Positions 7,882-15,752 of a DNA stretch of 52,651 nucleotides are shown here, piece by piece. The position numbers were made by a program, and so were the translations under genes. Each line of letters opens with the position of its first letter. Within the stretch, counting starts at the first letter, position 1. The notes beneath the pieces are model-generated. The model was not told where the DNA came from and ran no database searches. It saw only the letters and a program-made list of their open reading frames with translations. The stretch comes from a virus (taxonomy: Duplodnaviria; Caudoviricetes), in IMG/VR virus record IMGVR_UViG_3300037010_002190, positions 1 through 52,651 of that record, one strand, 5' to 3'.

Positions 7882-8532
7882 ATGAAAAATCAAGCAAAAG
7901 CAGAAAAAGAAGTTAAATTACTCAAATTAAATTATGATCGTGACAGATCCTATTTAAATGAGCATGATGCAGATGTGGCTGCACGGAGTATTGAATTTTA
8001 TGACCAACAGTTGGAACTTGGAACATTTTCACCCGAGTATAAAAGCAAATGGTATCGTGGACCTTGGATGGAAACCTCAATGAGATATCAACACAACTCT
8101 GTTAGAGGATTCTGTACAGAGATGAGTTCAGTAATTTTGATAAATCTAGCGAATAAGGACGGTGGTCTTTACGCAAAGTTTGATGATCGGAAAACCAAAC
8201 AGAGAGAGGTAGATGGAACGGATATAATGCTGTGTAACTCAAACTGGCCTTATGATGTTCCTGCTCAAGTAAAAACGATTACCGTAAATAACAACAAGAC
8301 CACATTCACAGCATACAAACGTTTTTTTGATCCAAAGTACAAAATTGACCGGTTGATTCTTACTGACCCAGAAAATATGTTCTTGATCCATGTAGATTAT
8401 GTGTCATTTGAACGATATTTTAAAAGAATTTCAAAGGGGTCGTCAGAGGTAGAAATCAACATAGCACACATGTATGACCGTTACCACACACCTGTTAATT
8501 ACTGTTGGACAATAGATTATGATAAACTCTAA
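7882..8532 (+). CDS. Hypothetical protein, possible PD-(D/E)XK nuclease
   Basis: RGFCTE..DGTDIML..AQVKT spacing resembles a restriction-endonuclease-fold active site. Confidence 0.45.
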   Translation: MKNQAKAEKEVKLLKLNYDRDRSYLNEHDADVAARSIEFYDQQLELGTFSPEYKSKWYRGPWMETSMRYQHNSVRGFCTEMSSVILINLANKDGGLYAKFDDRKTKQREVDGTDIMLCNSNWPYDVPAQVKTITVNNNKTTFTAYKRFFDPKYKIDRLILTDPENMFLIHVDYVSFERYFKRISKGSSEVEINIAHMYDRYHTPVNYCWTIDYDKL

Positions 8533-8704
8533 ACATCTCAGGGATGCAGCTGACCAGATTGCTGAATCATATAATAAACTTAAACAAAATCCGTTAGATT
8601 TAAATCTGGTAATGAAGCACATAGGATTATTATCAGCGACAGTAGACAAAATGTTAAGAGATAATGCACAAGCGTGTGAATCGGAGAGAAAAAATGAGTA
8701 CTGA
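8519..8704 (+). CDS. Hypothetical protein
   Basis: 61-aa ORF overlapping both neighbours. Confidence 0.55.
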   Translation: MINSKHLRDAADQIAESYNKLKQNPLDLNLVMKHIGLLSATVDKMLRDNAQACESERKNEY

Positions 8705-8957
8705 ATATATGGAGATACGTAAAGTTGCAGAACAGTTGACAGAATATGCTTCTTTAGATGGAACAGAATGGGGTGAAGTAAATCTACTTTTATGTCAAAC
8801 TGTATCACATCTCGATTATGTAAGTGTCGAGTTACGAGAACTTCTGTATAGTGAAATTAAAACTAATTTACAATATGTACAAAACCATGCTGTAGTTGTA
8901 GAAACAGAACAAACATATACTCGCAAAGTTAAAGAACTTGAATGGGTGGATTACTAA
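8694..8957 (+). CDS. Hypothetical protein
   Basis: GGAG RBS favours ATG at 8694 (MSTEYMEI..); TAATG coupling to next gene. Confidence 0.65.
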   Translation: MSTEYMEIRKVAEQLTEYASLDGTEWGEVNLLLCQTVSHLDYVSVELRELLYSEIKTNLQYVQNHAVVVETEQTYTRKVKELEWVDY

Positions 8958-9595
8958 TGCAACTTAATATAAGAGATCATGTTATTACACAGTTAACAAA
9001 AAAAAGCAAAGATATTCCATTTAGTCCTATGGTTAAGATGATTAAACCGTATGAGGATTTCAAATCTTTTGTTAAACATAGCCAACTTGATCTGAATAAA
9101 GTTGATCCAAATAAATTAAAATTTTGGAGCGATGTTCATTTTGGACATACAAACATTATTAAATATTGTGATAGGCCTTTTAACTCAGCAGCGGAAATGG
9201 ATGCTATGCTAATCCAGAACTACGTAGATAATGTCGAAGTAGATGACGTAGTTGTATGGGTTGGTGATGTTAGTTTTTCGAGTCCAACGAAAATCAATCA
9301 AGAATATTTACCATCTCTTCCAGGTTATAAGATTTTAATCATGGGAAACCACGATTTTGATAACCACGACAAAAGACCAATTCATTATGATTTTGATGAG
9401 ATTCATTTGTGTTCTTCAGTAAGGAATTTTGCAATCTCACATCATCCATGGTGGGACATTCCAGATGGTTGGTTTCACATTCATGGACACATTCACAATA
9501 AGGTTATATTAAATAGTATCAGACATATTAATGTGAGTGTTGAACAAATTGATTATAAACCAATATCTTTTGCAACAATATTAGAGAGATTGTAA
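8957..9595 (+). CDS. Calcineurin-like metallophosphoesterase
   Basis: SDVHFGH, VGDV, GNHD, SHHP, HGHIH motifs. Confidence 0.9.
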   Translation: MQLNIRDHVITQLTKKSKDIPFSPMVKMIKPYEDFKSFVKHSQLDLNKVDPNKLKFWSDVHFGHTNIIKYCDRPFNSAAEMDAMLIQNYVDNVEVDDVVVWVGDVSFSSPTKINQEYLPSLPGYKILIMGNHDFDNHDKRPIHYDFDEIHLCSSVRNFAISHHPWWDIPDGWFHIHGHIHNKVILNSIRHINVSVEQIDYKPISFATILERL

Positions 9596-9636
9596 ATTTG
9601 AACTGATAATATTAGCAGATAAATTTTATCTCAATA

Positions 9637-10188
9637 TTAACGTCTACCCATCAGACGAGCGACTTTATTAAACTCTTTCGTTTCTAACCATCTATTAATT
9701 GTTCTTGCTGTAGTATCAAAATGGTGAGCAATTTCTTCTGCAGTGATTTTCTCAACACCATCATTTGTAGCTGATTTAACATACTTATACATCTTTTCGG
9801 CAATACCCGCTTGACCACCTTCTTCCGCACGAGCCTTGTTGTTAGAATTTAACCCAGCACTTACGGCCTTCCCAAATCGTTCTTTTTTTTCTTCTGCGGT
9901 TTCTGCAGCTTGTTTCCCTGCATAGTTGCTATTAAATTCGTGAGAATCTTTGTGTGCTTTTTCACGATCTTCTAACTTTTTAAGATCTGATTCAGTACTT
10001 GACTTAGCTGTTTTTAGTCGGTCCCACTGTTGTTTATATTGAGGGGCAATTCCACTTTGTACATGTGAAGCAGATTTCCTTTGGAGTTCAGCTATATCTT
10101 TTTTAATATCCCGAATCTTATTAATTAATCCAGATTTTTCTTTTTCACTATCAAATTCTTTATCCTCACACAAATCTCGTAACTTCAT
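9637..10188 (-). CDS. Coiled-coil protein with C-terminal helix-turn-helix
   Basis: AGGAG RBS before ATG at 10188 (MKLRDLCED); C-terminal ITAEEIAHHFDTTARTINRWL. Confidence 0.7.
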   Translation of the reverse strand: MKLRDLCEDKEFDSEKEKSGLINKIRDIKKDIAELQRKSASHVQSGIAPQYKQQWDRLKTAKSSTESDLKKLEDREKAHKDSHEFNSNYAGKQAAETAEEKKERFGKAVSAGLNSNNKARAEEGGQAGIAEKMYKYVKSATNDGVEKITAEEIAHHFDTTARTINRWLETKEFNKVARLMGRR

Positions 10189-10219
10189 TTGTTGTCTCCT
10201 CATATATACTCAAGTATAA

Positions 10220-10227
10220 TATTTATA
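10220..10227 (-). promoter_or_regulatory. T4-late-type promoter TATAAATA
   Basis: Perfect motif on minus strand about 32 nt upstream of the 10188 start. Confidence 0.7.
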
Positions 10228-10257
10228 TGATTCTTAAAATAGGAAGACACGATTAAC

Positions 10258-11397
10258 TTGTCTGATATCAGTTTTAGCACAATCACTTTTATTGATAAAG
10301 CTAACTATGTACATCAATTCAAGTACACATATGAAAATTGTATATACGATTCAGTGCATACAAAAGTTGTCATAACATGTCCAACTCATGGGGATTTTAA
10401 GCAAACACCAGGAAATCATCTGTCTAAGCGTAGTGGTTGTCCTAAGTGTGCAACAGATTACAGAATACAAAAGAACACAAAATCTGTTGAACTGTTTTTA
10501 CATAACGCGCAGGTGCGTTTTCATAACAAATATGATTATTCTAAGATAAAATACGTGAACACAAAGACAAAGATTGAAATAGTATGTCCAGAACACGGAT
10601 CTTTTTTTCAGTCTCCGGAGAAGCATATAACATCAAAAATTGGATGTCCAGCATGTGCTTCAAAACACACAGCTAAACTATTAAGTATGTCATTTGAAGA
10701 ATTTGAAAAAAAGTCTTCTGTTGTACACAACAACAAGTATGATTATTCAATATCTAAAGACAATTTTGGGGATCACGATAAGATTGACATTCAGTGTAAC
10801 CAGCATGGAATATTTAACCAAACGATCACCAACCACTTGCATGGGAATGGATGCCCACTCTGTGCGAAAGAAAATCAATTTTTAACTCAAGCTGAATTTA
10901 TAAGTAAGTCTACACAAATTCACGGAAATGTATATGATTACAGACATGTTAATTATGTTAACACAAAAACCCCTGTTATCATATTATGCAGTCACCACGG
11001 ACGATTTAACCAAATACCACAAATTCATTTGCAAGGAAGTGGGTGTCAACTGTGTAGTCGTTCTGGTTTTTCAAAGAAAGCTATAGGTTGGTTAGATTCA
11101 GTATCCAATATAGAACATATTTTTATACAGCATGCTGGGAACGGTGGTGAATTTGTATTACCTGGGAGTAAAAAACGTGTTGACGGGTACTGCAAGGAAA
11201 CAAACACCGTGTATGAGTTTCATGGAGATTGTTGGCATGGCAACCCAAAAAAATTTAAAGATACTGATCATTGTCATCCATTAAATAAACGTATAACTGC
11301 AGGTGAATTGTACACACGAACAGTTGACAAAGACTTATTGATACAACAGTTAGGATTTAACTTAATTATTATGTGGGAATCAGATTACAATGAATGA
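10258..11397 (+). CDS. Putative free-standing homing endonuclease: 4 Zn-finger (DUF723-like) repeats plus Vsr/DUF559-like nuclease
   Basis: CPTHG, CPEHG, CNQHG, CSHHG repeats each with GCxxC; VDGYCKETNTVYEFHGDCWHGNP..MWESDY; overlaps topoisomerase start. Confidence 0.75.
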   Translation: MSDISFSTITFIDKANYVHQFKYTYENCIYDSVHTKVVITCPTHGDFKQTPGNHLSKRSGCPKCATDYRIQKNTKSVELFLHNAQVRFHNKYDYSKIKYVNTKTKIEIVCPEHGSFFQSPEKHITSKIGCPACASKHTAKLLSMSFEEFEKKSSVVHNNKYDYSISKDNFGDHDKIDIQCNQHGIFNQTITNHLHGNGCPLCAKENQFLTQAEFISKSTQIHGNVYDYRHVNYVNTKTPVIILCSHHGRFNQIPQIHLQGSGCQLCSRSGFSKKAIGWLDSVSNIEHIFIQHAGNGGEFVLPGSKKRVDGYCKETNTVYEFHGDCWHGNPKKFKDTDHCHPLNKRITAGELYTRTVDKDLLIQQLGFNLIIMWESDYNE

Positions 11398-12745
11398 GAA
11401 ATCAATAGATAAAAACAGAGCTGTTTCGTCTGATTACATAAAGGATCAACGGCGACAATATTTTTTGTACACAATTAATTTCAGAGCCTTGCCTAGTCTG
11501 TCAGATGGACTCAAACCAGCTCAACGCCGAGTTCTGTGGACCGGACGGAATGGAGAAAAGACTAAAACTGCTACACTAGCTGGAGCAACTATGCCTATTC
11601 ATCCACATGCATCTCCAGATGATGTGATTAGCAACATGGCTGGTCCTTGGTGCAACAACGTTCCTCTGTTTACTGGTATTGGGGCGTTTGGGACAATGTT
11701 AGCTCCAAATAGTTATGGTGCATCTAGGTATACATCAGTTAAAGTCTCTGATTTCACAAAGGATGTTGTATTTGCGGATATCGAAATTATACCAATGCAA
11801 CCCAACTATGATGATACACTGGAAGAACCAAAACACTTTCTTCCTTTGATCCCCATAGTGTTGCTCAATCCAACGTTTGGAATTGCAGGGGGGTTCCAGT
11901 GCAACATTCTTCCCTTTGATCTTAGAGATATTATAGAGAATCAAATCAGATTTTTGGAAAAGAAAGAAGTAAAAGAAACACTTCCATATTTTAAACCATT
12001 AGATTGTAGAGCATCTCCTGATATAATTGTTGACACAAAAACTGGCAACAAAAAGTATACATTCAATGGAGGGTATCAACAAATAAACGCTTCAGAGATT
12101 CGTATTACCAAAATTCCTTACGGAATGGAACACACGAAGTTCACTGATCATTTGGCAAAACTCGAAGAAGAATATAAGATTGTTGGGTTTGACGACTTGT
12201 CTAAAGATTCAATTAATATCGTTGTTAAGTTTTCGAGAGGGTTTGTAAACAGAACTACACAACAAGAAATGATAAAGTTGTTGAAGTTATTTAACACCGA
12301 AACAGACAATATGAATGTAATTAGCCTCAATGATGATTCCGTGTGTAGTACAAACTTCGTTGATGTTATAGAGCAGTTTACGTTTTGGCGGTTTGGGTTT
12401 TATTATAAGCGGTATGAACGTCTAGCTAAGCTATTGGAGAAAGACATTCAGAAACTCAAAGATGTTATACTTGCCATTGAAAAGAATGTAGGTGGAATTG
12501 CTGTTAAAACAAAATCAAAAGGTGAACTTGAAGATTATCTGGAATATATCGGTATTGTGAATTTGGAATATATTTCTTCACTACCAGTTTATAGATTTAC
12601 GGAAGACGAAAAGCAGAAAACACAGAAACGAATTGATGACGCACTGGAACAGCAAAAATATTATCTTGATCTGTTGTCAGATGAAGGGAAAAGAACTAAA
12701 ATCTACATATCTGAACTTAAAGAAATATTAAAGAAATATGGATAA
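11390..12745 (+). CDS. gp52: Type II DNA topoisomerase breakage-reunion subunit (GyrA-like; T4 gp52)
   Basis: RALP...DGLKPAQRR, HPH, G.FG, ASRYT catalytic Tyr, EP..FLP.IP..LLN. Confidence 0.95.
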   Translation: MNEKSIDKNRAVSSDYIKDQRRQYFLYTINFRALPSLSDGLKPAQRRVLWTGRNGEKTKTATLAGATMPIHPHASPDDVISNMAGPWCNNVPLFTGIGAFGTMLAPNSYGASRYTSVKVSDFTKDVVFADIEIIPMQPNYDDTLEEPKHFLPLIPIVLLNPTFGIAGGFQCNILPFDLRDIIENQIRFLEKKEVKETLPYFKPLDCRASPDIIVDTKTGNKKYTFNGGYQQINASEIRITKIPYGMEHTKFTDHLAKLEEEYKIVGFDDLSKDSINIVVKFSRGFVNRTTQQEMIKLLKLFNTETDNMNVISLNDDSVCSTNFVDVIEQFTFWRFGFYYKRYERLAKLLEKDIQKLKDVILAIEKNVGGIAVKTKSKGELEDYLEYIGIVNLEYISSLPVYRFTEDEKQKTQKRIDDALEQQKYYLDLLSDEGKRTKIYISELKEILKKYG

Positions 12746-12884
12746 AGAACTTAAGGGCAAATTAATACAATCAATTAGGGAGGAATACCCTCGTCTGTTT
12801 GTTGAAGATGTGGTAGGCGTCTAACCAATGCTCAATATTGATTTGAGTAAGATCGTGGAACGTCCCCATGGAAATCATTCGTAA
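12738..12884 (+). pseudogene. Small ORF with in-frame TAA inside a gp23-like GVQPM motif
   Basis: MDKELKGKLIQSIREEYPRLFVEDVVGV*PMLNID..; TAA at 12822-12824 where CAA (Q) would be expected. Confidence 0.45.
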
Positions 12885-12967
12885 ATAGACATTTTCCGGA
12901 ACCGATTGACTGGGTCTCGAACACGATAAACTCAACGGAAAACGCACACACAAATCTTGGAGTTAGA

Positions 12968-13360
12968 ATGAAAAATATTGTCACACTGGGAATCATCTTT
13001 GGTTTATCAGGTTGTTCGGTGCTAGGTGCTAAATACGATACGAATGAATATGCTGCATTTACGAATATAGCATATTCAGCTGCATTATCGAACCGAAGTT
13101 GTAACGATCCATCAACACAATCATCCCAAATTGAACGTCTCAAAGGATCTTCGTTTTTTGCTGTATTGTACACTGAGTATCAACCCAACAACGAAGAAAC
13201 CTACAAAATTGCTCAAGATATCGATTTAATGGTTGATCAGTTGTCAACTTTGAGTAAAACTGGTAAAATGTCAGAAACCTATTGTCAACTGAAGACTACA
13301 GACATTCAACAAGCTGCAGAAACTGCTATGAAAACTACCGCTTATAAGAGGAGTCAATAA
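12968..13360 (+). CDS. Putative lipoprotein
   Basis: MKN + hydrophobic stretch + LSGC lipobox. Confidence 0.75.
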   Translation: MKNIVTLGIIFGLSGCSVLGAKYDTNEYAAFTNIAYSAALSNRSCNDPSTQSSQIERLKGSSFFAVLYTEYQPNNEETYKIAQDIDLMVDQLSTLSKTGKMSETYCQLKTTDIQQAAETAMKTTAYKRSQ

Positions 13361-13596
13361 TGAACATTAATGATATTATTAGTTCAACAGACCCAATTGT
13401 CGCAAATTTGGGAAAACGAGCACAAACGATTAAAGAGGCATACACTACAGGTCATATTACCGAAGCAGAGTATGATGATTTGGTTTGTGATTTGACTACT
13501 CTTCAAAATATAGAAGATTTGTCTCGACGAGTACACGAAAAAGCATTATTGAATGATGCAATTAAATTTATTACAAACTTTTTAACTAAGAAATGA
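13360..13596 (+). CDS. Hypothetical protein
   Basis: GAGGAG RBS; TAATG coupling to the lipoprotein gene. Confidence 0.7.
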   Translation: MNINDIISSTDPIVANLGKRAQTIKEAYTTGHITEAEYDDLVCDLTTLQNIEDLSRRVHEKALLNDAIKFITNFLTKK

Positions 13597-13609
13597 TCTA
13601 GGAGATAAC

Positions 13610-13795
13610 ATGAAAAATTATAGTGATTCAATAGTAACACCAGAAAAACAAAGTCAAGCAATGACAGAACATCACAACATCTTGATGAATCAATTCAATG
13701 CTGCTCTTATCCCAATCTCCCAGAAACTTAATATAGTTCTTGTAATTGGAGTTGCGATTGTATCCATGCTTACCTATATACTCATTCAACTATAA
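13610..13795 (+). CDS. Small membrane protein
   Basis: AGGAG RBS; C-terminal hydrophobic helix IVLVIGVAIVSMLTYILI. Confidence 0.7.
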   Translation: MKNYSDSIVTPEKQSQAMTEHHNILMNQFNAALIPISQKLNIVLVIGVAIVSMLTYILIQL

Positions 13796-13812
13796 GGAGT
13801 CTTCGATCTAAA

Positions 13813-14046
13813 ATGAAACGCACTAATTATGAAGTTCTTCGTTTGGTTAATTATGCAAAAAAAGCAACACCCGAGGAACTAATGGATGATTATGGGATTG
13901 AAATTGTTGAAAATAGTAAAGTGTATGATACCATTTATGATACATACTTCAAGAATTTGACCGAATGGGCTGAAGATGTTGTTGGGATAATCGAAGAAGA
14001 TGTTGGAAACAGAAAAACTAGCAAGTATGAGGATGAGGAGTATTGA
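13813..14046 (+). CDS. Hypothetical acidic protein
   Basis: 77-aa ORF with AAGGAG upstream. Confidence 0.7.
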   Translation: MKRTNYEVLRLVNYAKKATPEELMDDYGIEIVENSKVYDTIYDTYFKNLTEWAEDVVGIIEEDVGNRKTSKYEDEEY

Positions 14047-14047
14047 T

Positions 14048-14287
14048 ATGTCAAGATCTCTTGTAGAGTCTGCTTTATTGCAATGTCTCATGGATGCTCA
14101 TACTACTATTTTAAATCTAACACTAAATGCTGAGAAGACTAAATCAACAAACATTGCACTACATGAAGCACAAAAAGTGCAGGAATTTTTAATGGATGCT
14201 ATCAGAGAATATAGAGAATCAGATCATCCATTTTGTTATGGATTGGATGACTGTTCTACAAACATGTTGTCTGTTTGCACATGGTAA
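14048..14287 (+). CDS. Hypothetical protein
   Basis: GAGGAG RBS favours ATG at 14048 (MSRSLVES..). Confidence 0.6.
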   Translation: MSRSLVESALLQCLMDAHTTILNLTLNAEKTKSTNIALHEAQKVQEFLMDAIREYRESDHPFCYGLDDCSTNMLSVCTW

Positions 14288-14337
14288 GACAGTTGTGGAA
14301 CTCCTGAAAGTGTCCAAATTTACAACACAAGGACTGA

Positions 14338-14526
14338 TCAAGTCTGATTATTTAAATAATTATCTATCGTATTTTTTATAACCTCCCATTCCTGTTTTAA
14401 CGAGTGAATATTTCCACACCGTTTTTCAATGATGGGTGTTTCTCCCTCAATCTTGTCATAAACTAGTTTATGATTTTGTCCATCTACACTAACAACTAAA
14501 AACTCCAATTGTTTATATTTCTGCAT
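14338..14526 (-). CDS. Hypothetical protein
   Basis: AAGGA RBS favours ATG at 14526 (MQKYKQLEF..). Confidence 0.55.
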   Translation of the reverse strand: MQKYKQLEFLVVSVDGQNHKLVYDKIEGETPIIEKRCGNIHSLKQEWEVIKNTIDNYLNNQT

Positions 14527-14536
14527 AATATTTCCT

Positions 14537-14776
14537 TCATAATGATATAAAGTCTCGACCAAGAAGAGATTGTAAGTACTTTTTATCTCGACTTGACATT
14601 TCACTACCATAATATTCCAACATTTGTTTTGGACTCATACACTCATCTTGGATTTGATCCATTGGAAAACGGAATGATAAATCATTACACCAACATTTTG
14701 AACTTTGTGTACAACAAACTGGTTTTGGTTTTAGTTGAAGTGGTTTCATTTTATACAGCAAATTTTCATCACACAT
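14537..14776 (-). CDS. Small Cys-rich protein (CWC motif)
   Basis: CC....KCWC..........C pattern resembling Cys-rich CWC proteins. Confidence 0.55.
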   Translation of the reverse strand: MCDENLLYKMKPLQLKPKPVCCTQSSKCWCNDLSFRFPMDQIQDECMSPKQMLEYYGSEMSSRDKKYLQSLLGRDFISL

Positions 14777-14790
14777 TATAACTCAATCCT

Positions 14791-15750
14791 CTATTTCATG
14801 TTTTTGTGGTGGTTATCTCTAAAATCGCTCTCCCAACACGTAATTAGATTATATCCCATGTTAATTATTGTTTGTTCTCTGGTTACTGTTCGGTCATATA
14901 GTTGTTTTGATGTTAAACGTTTGTTAAATGGATGACATAACTCCTCTGGTTTAAATATTTGTGGATTTCCGTGAACTGCGTCTCCGTAAAACTCATATAT
15001 CGTATTTGTTTCCCTACAGTACCCATCAGCTCTAAATCTTGTTCCGGGAATTTTGAATTCCCCAACATTCCCCGCATGTTCTATATACAAGTTATTGTCA
15101 GTTGATTGTATGGTTAACCATCTAATAGACTTCTTTGAAAACCCCTGAGGTTGACATTTTGGACAACCTATACCCCGTAAGTGTACTACTGGAGCTTGTT
15201 TAAATACGCCATGCTCATGACATAATATATTGATTTTGTCATGAGTTGACTTATACTCAACATCATCATAAGCATATGTGGTTCCATGTACCATATATGC
15301 TTGTGATTTAAATTCTACTAATGATTTTCTCTTATGTTCTGCTTTATATGAGTTTGCACATATCGGACATCCCGATTTTCTAGTGATGTGATTAGTCGGG
15401 GTAGATGTAAACCATCCGTGAACAGGACACCCTATAATAACGGGTGTTTTACTGTTTTTATATACAACTTTTGAGTAATCGTATTTTGAATCATGTGTTG
15501 CGTTACCTTTATGTATAAACTCCTGAACTGTTGATGTTCGTATTTTTGTTCTAGTATTAACCCCACAACCAGGACACCCATTGCCACGTAAGTGGTCGTT
15601 TGGTCGTTGGTTAAAGACACCATGTACGTCACAAACGATCGAAACTTTATCAGCACTTGTTTTATAATTTACCAAACTATAGTTAAATTTATCTCCATGT
15701 ACCTTTTTAGCTTTTTCAATGAATATCACTGTGTTATGTTTTGATGTCAT
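14791..15750 (-). CDS. Putative free-standing homing endonuclease: 3 Zn-finger (DUF723-like) repeats plus Vsr/DUF559-like nuclease
   Basis: CDVHG, CPVHG, CHEHG repeats; ADGYCRETNTIYEFYGDAVHGNP..CWESDF; begins directly after the RNR stop. Confidence 0.75.
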   Translation of the reverse strand: MTSKHNTVIFIEKAKKVHGDKFNYSLVNYKTSADKVSIVCDVHGVFNQRPNDHLRGNGCPGCGVNTRTKIRTSTVQEFIHKGNATHDSKYDYSKVVYKNSKTPVIIGCPVHGWFTSTPTNHITRKSGCPICANSYKAEHKRKSLVEFKSQAYMVHGTTYAYDDVEYKSTHDKINILCHEHGVFKQAPVVHLRGIGCPKCQPQGFSKKSIRWLTIQSTDNNLYIEHAGNVGEFKIPGTRFRADGYCRETNTIYEFYGDAVHGNPQIFKPEELCHPFNKRLTSKQLYDRTVTREQTIINMGYNLITCWESDFRDNHHKNMK

Positions 15751-15752
15751 TA

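Noticed and set aside
10258-11397. Group I intron housing the endonuclease (also considered for the other three)
   Set aside because: Flanking genes appear complete and there is no room for a ribozyme core
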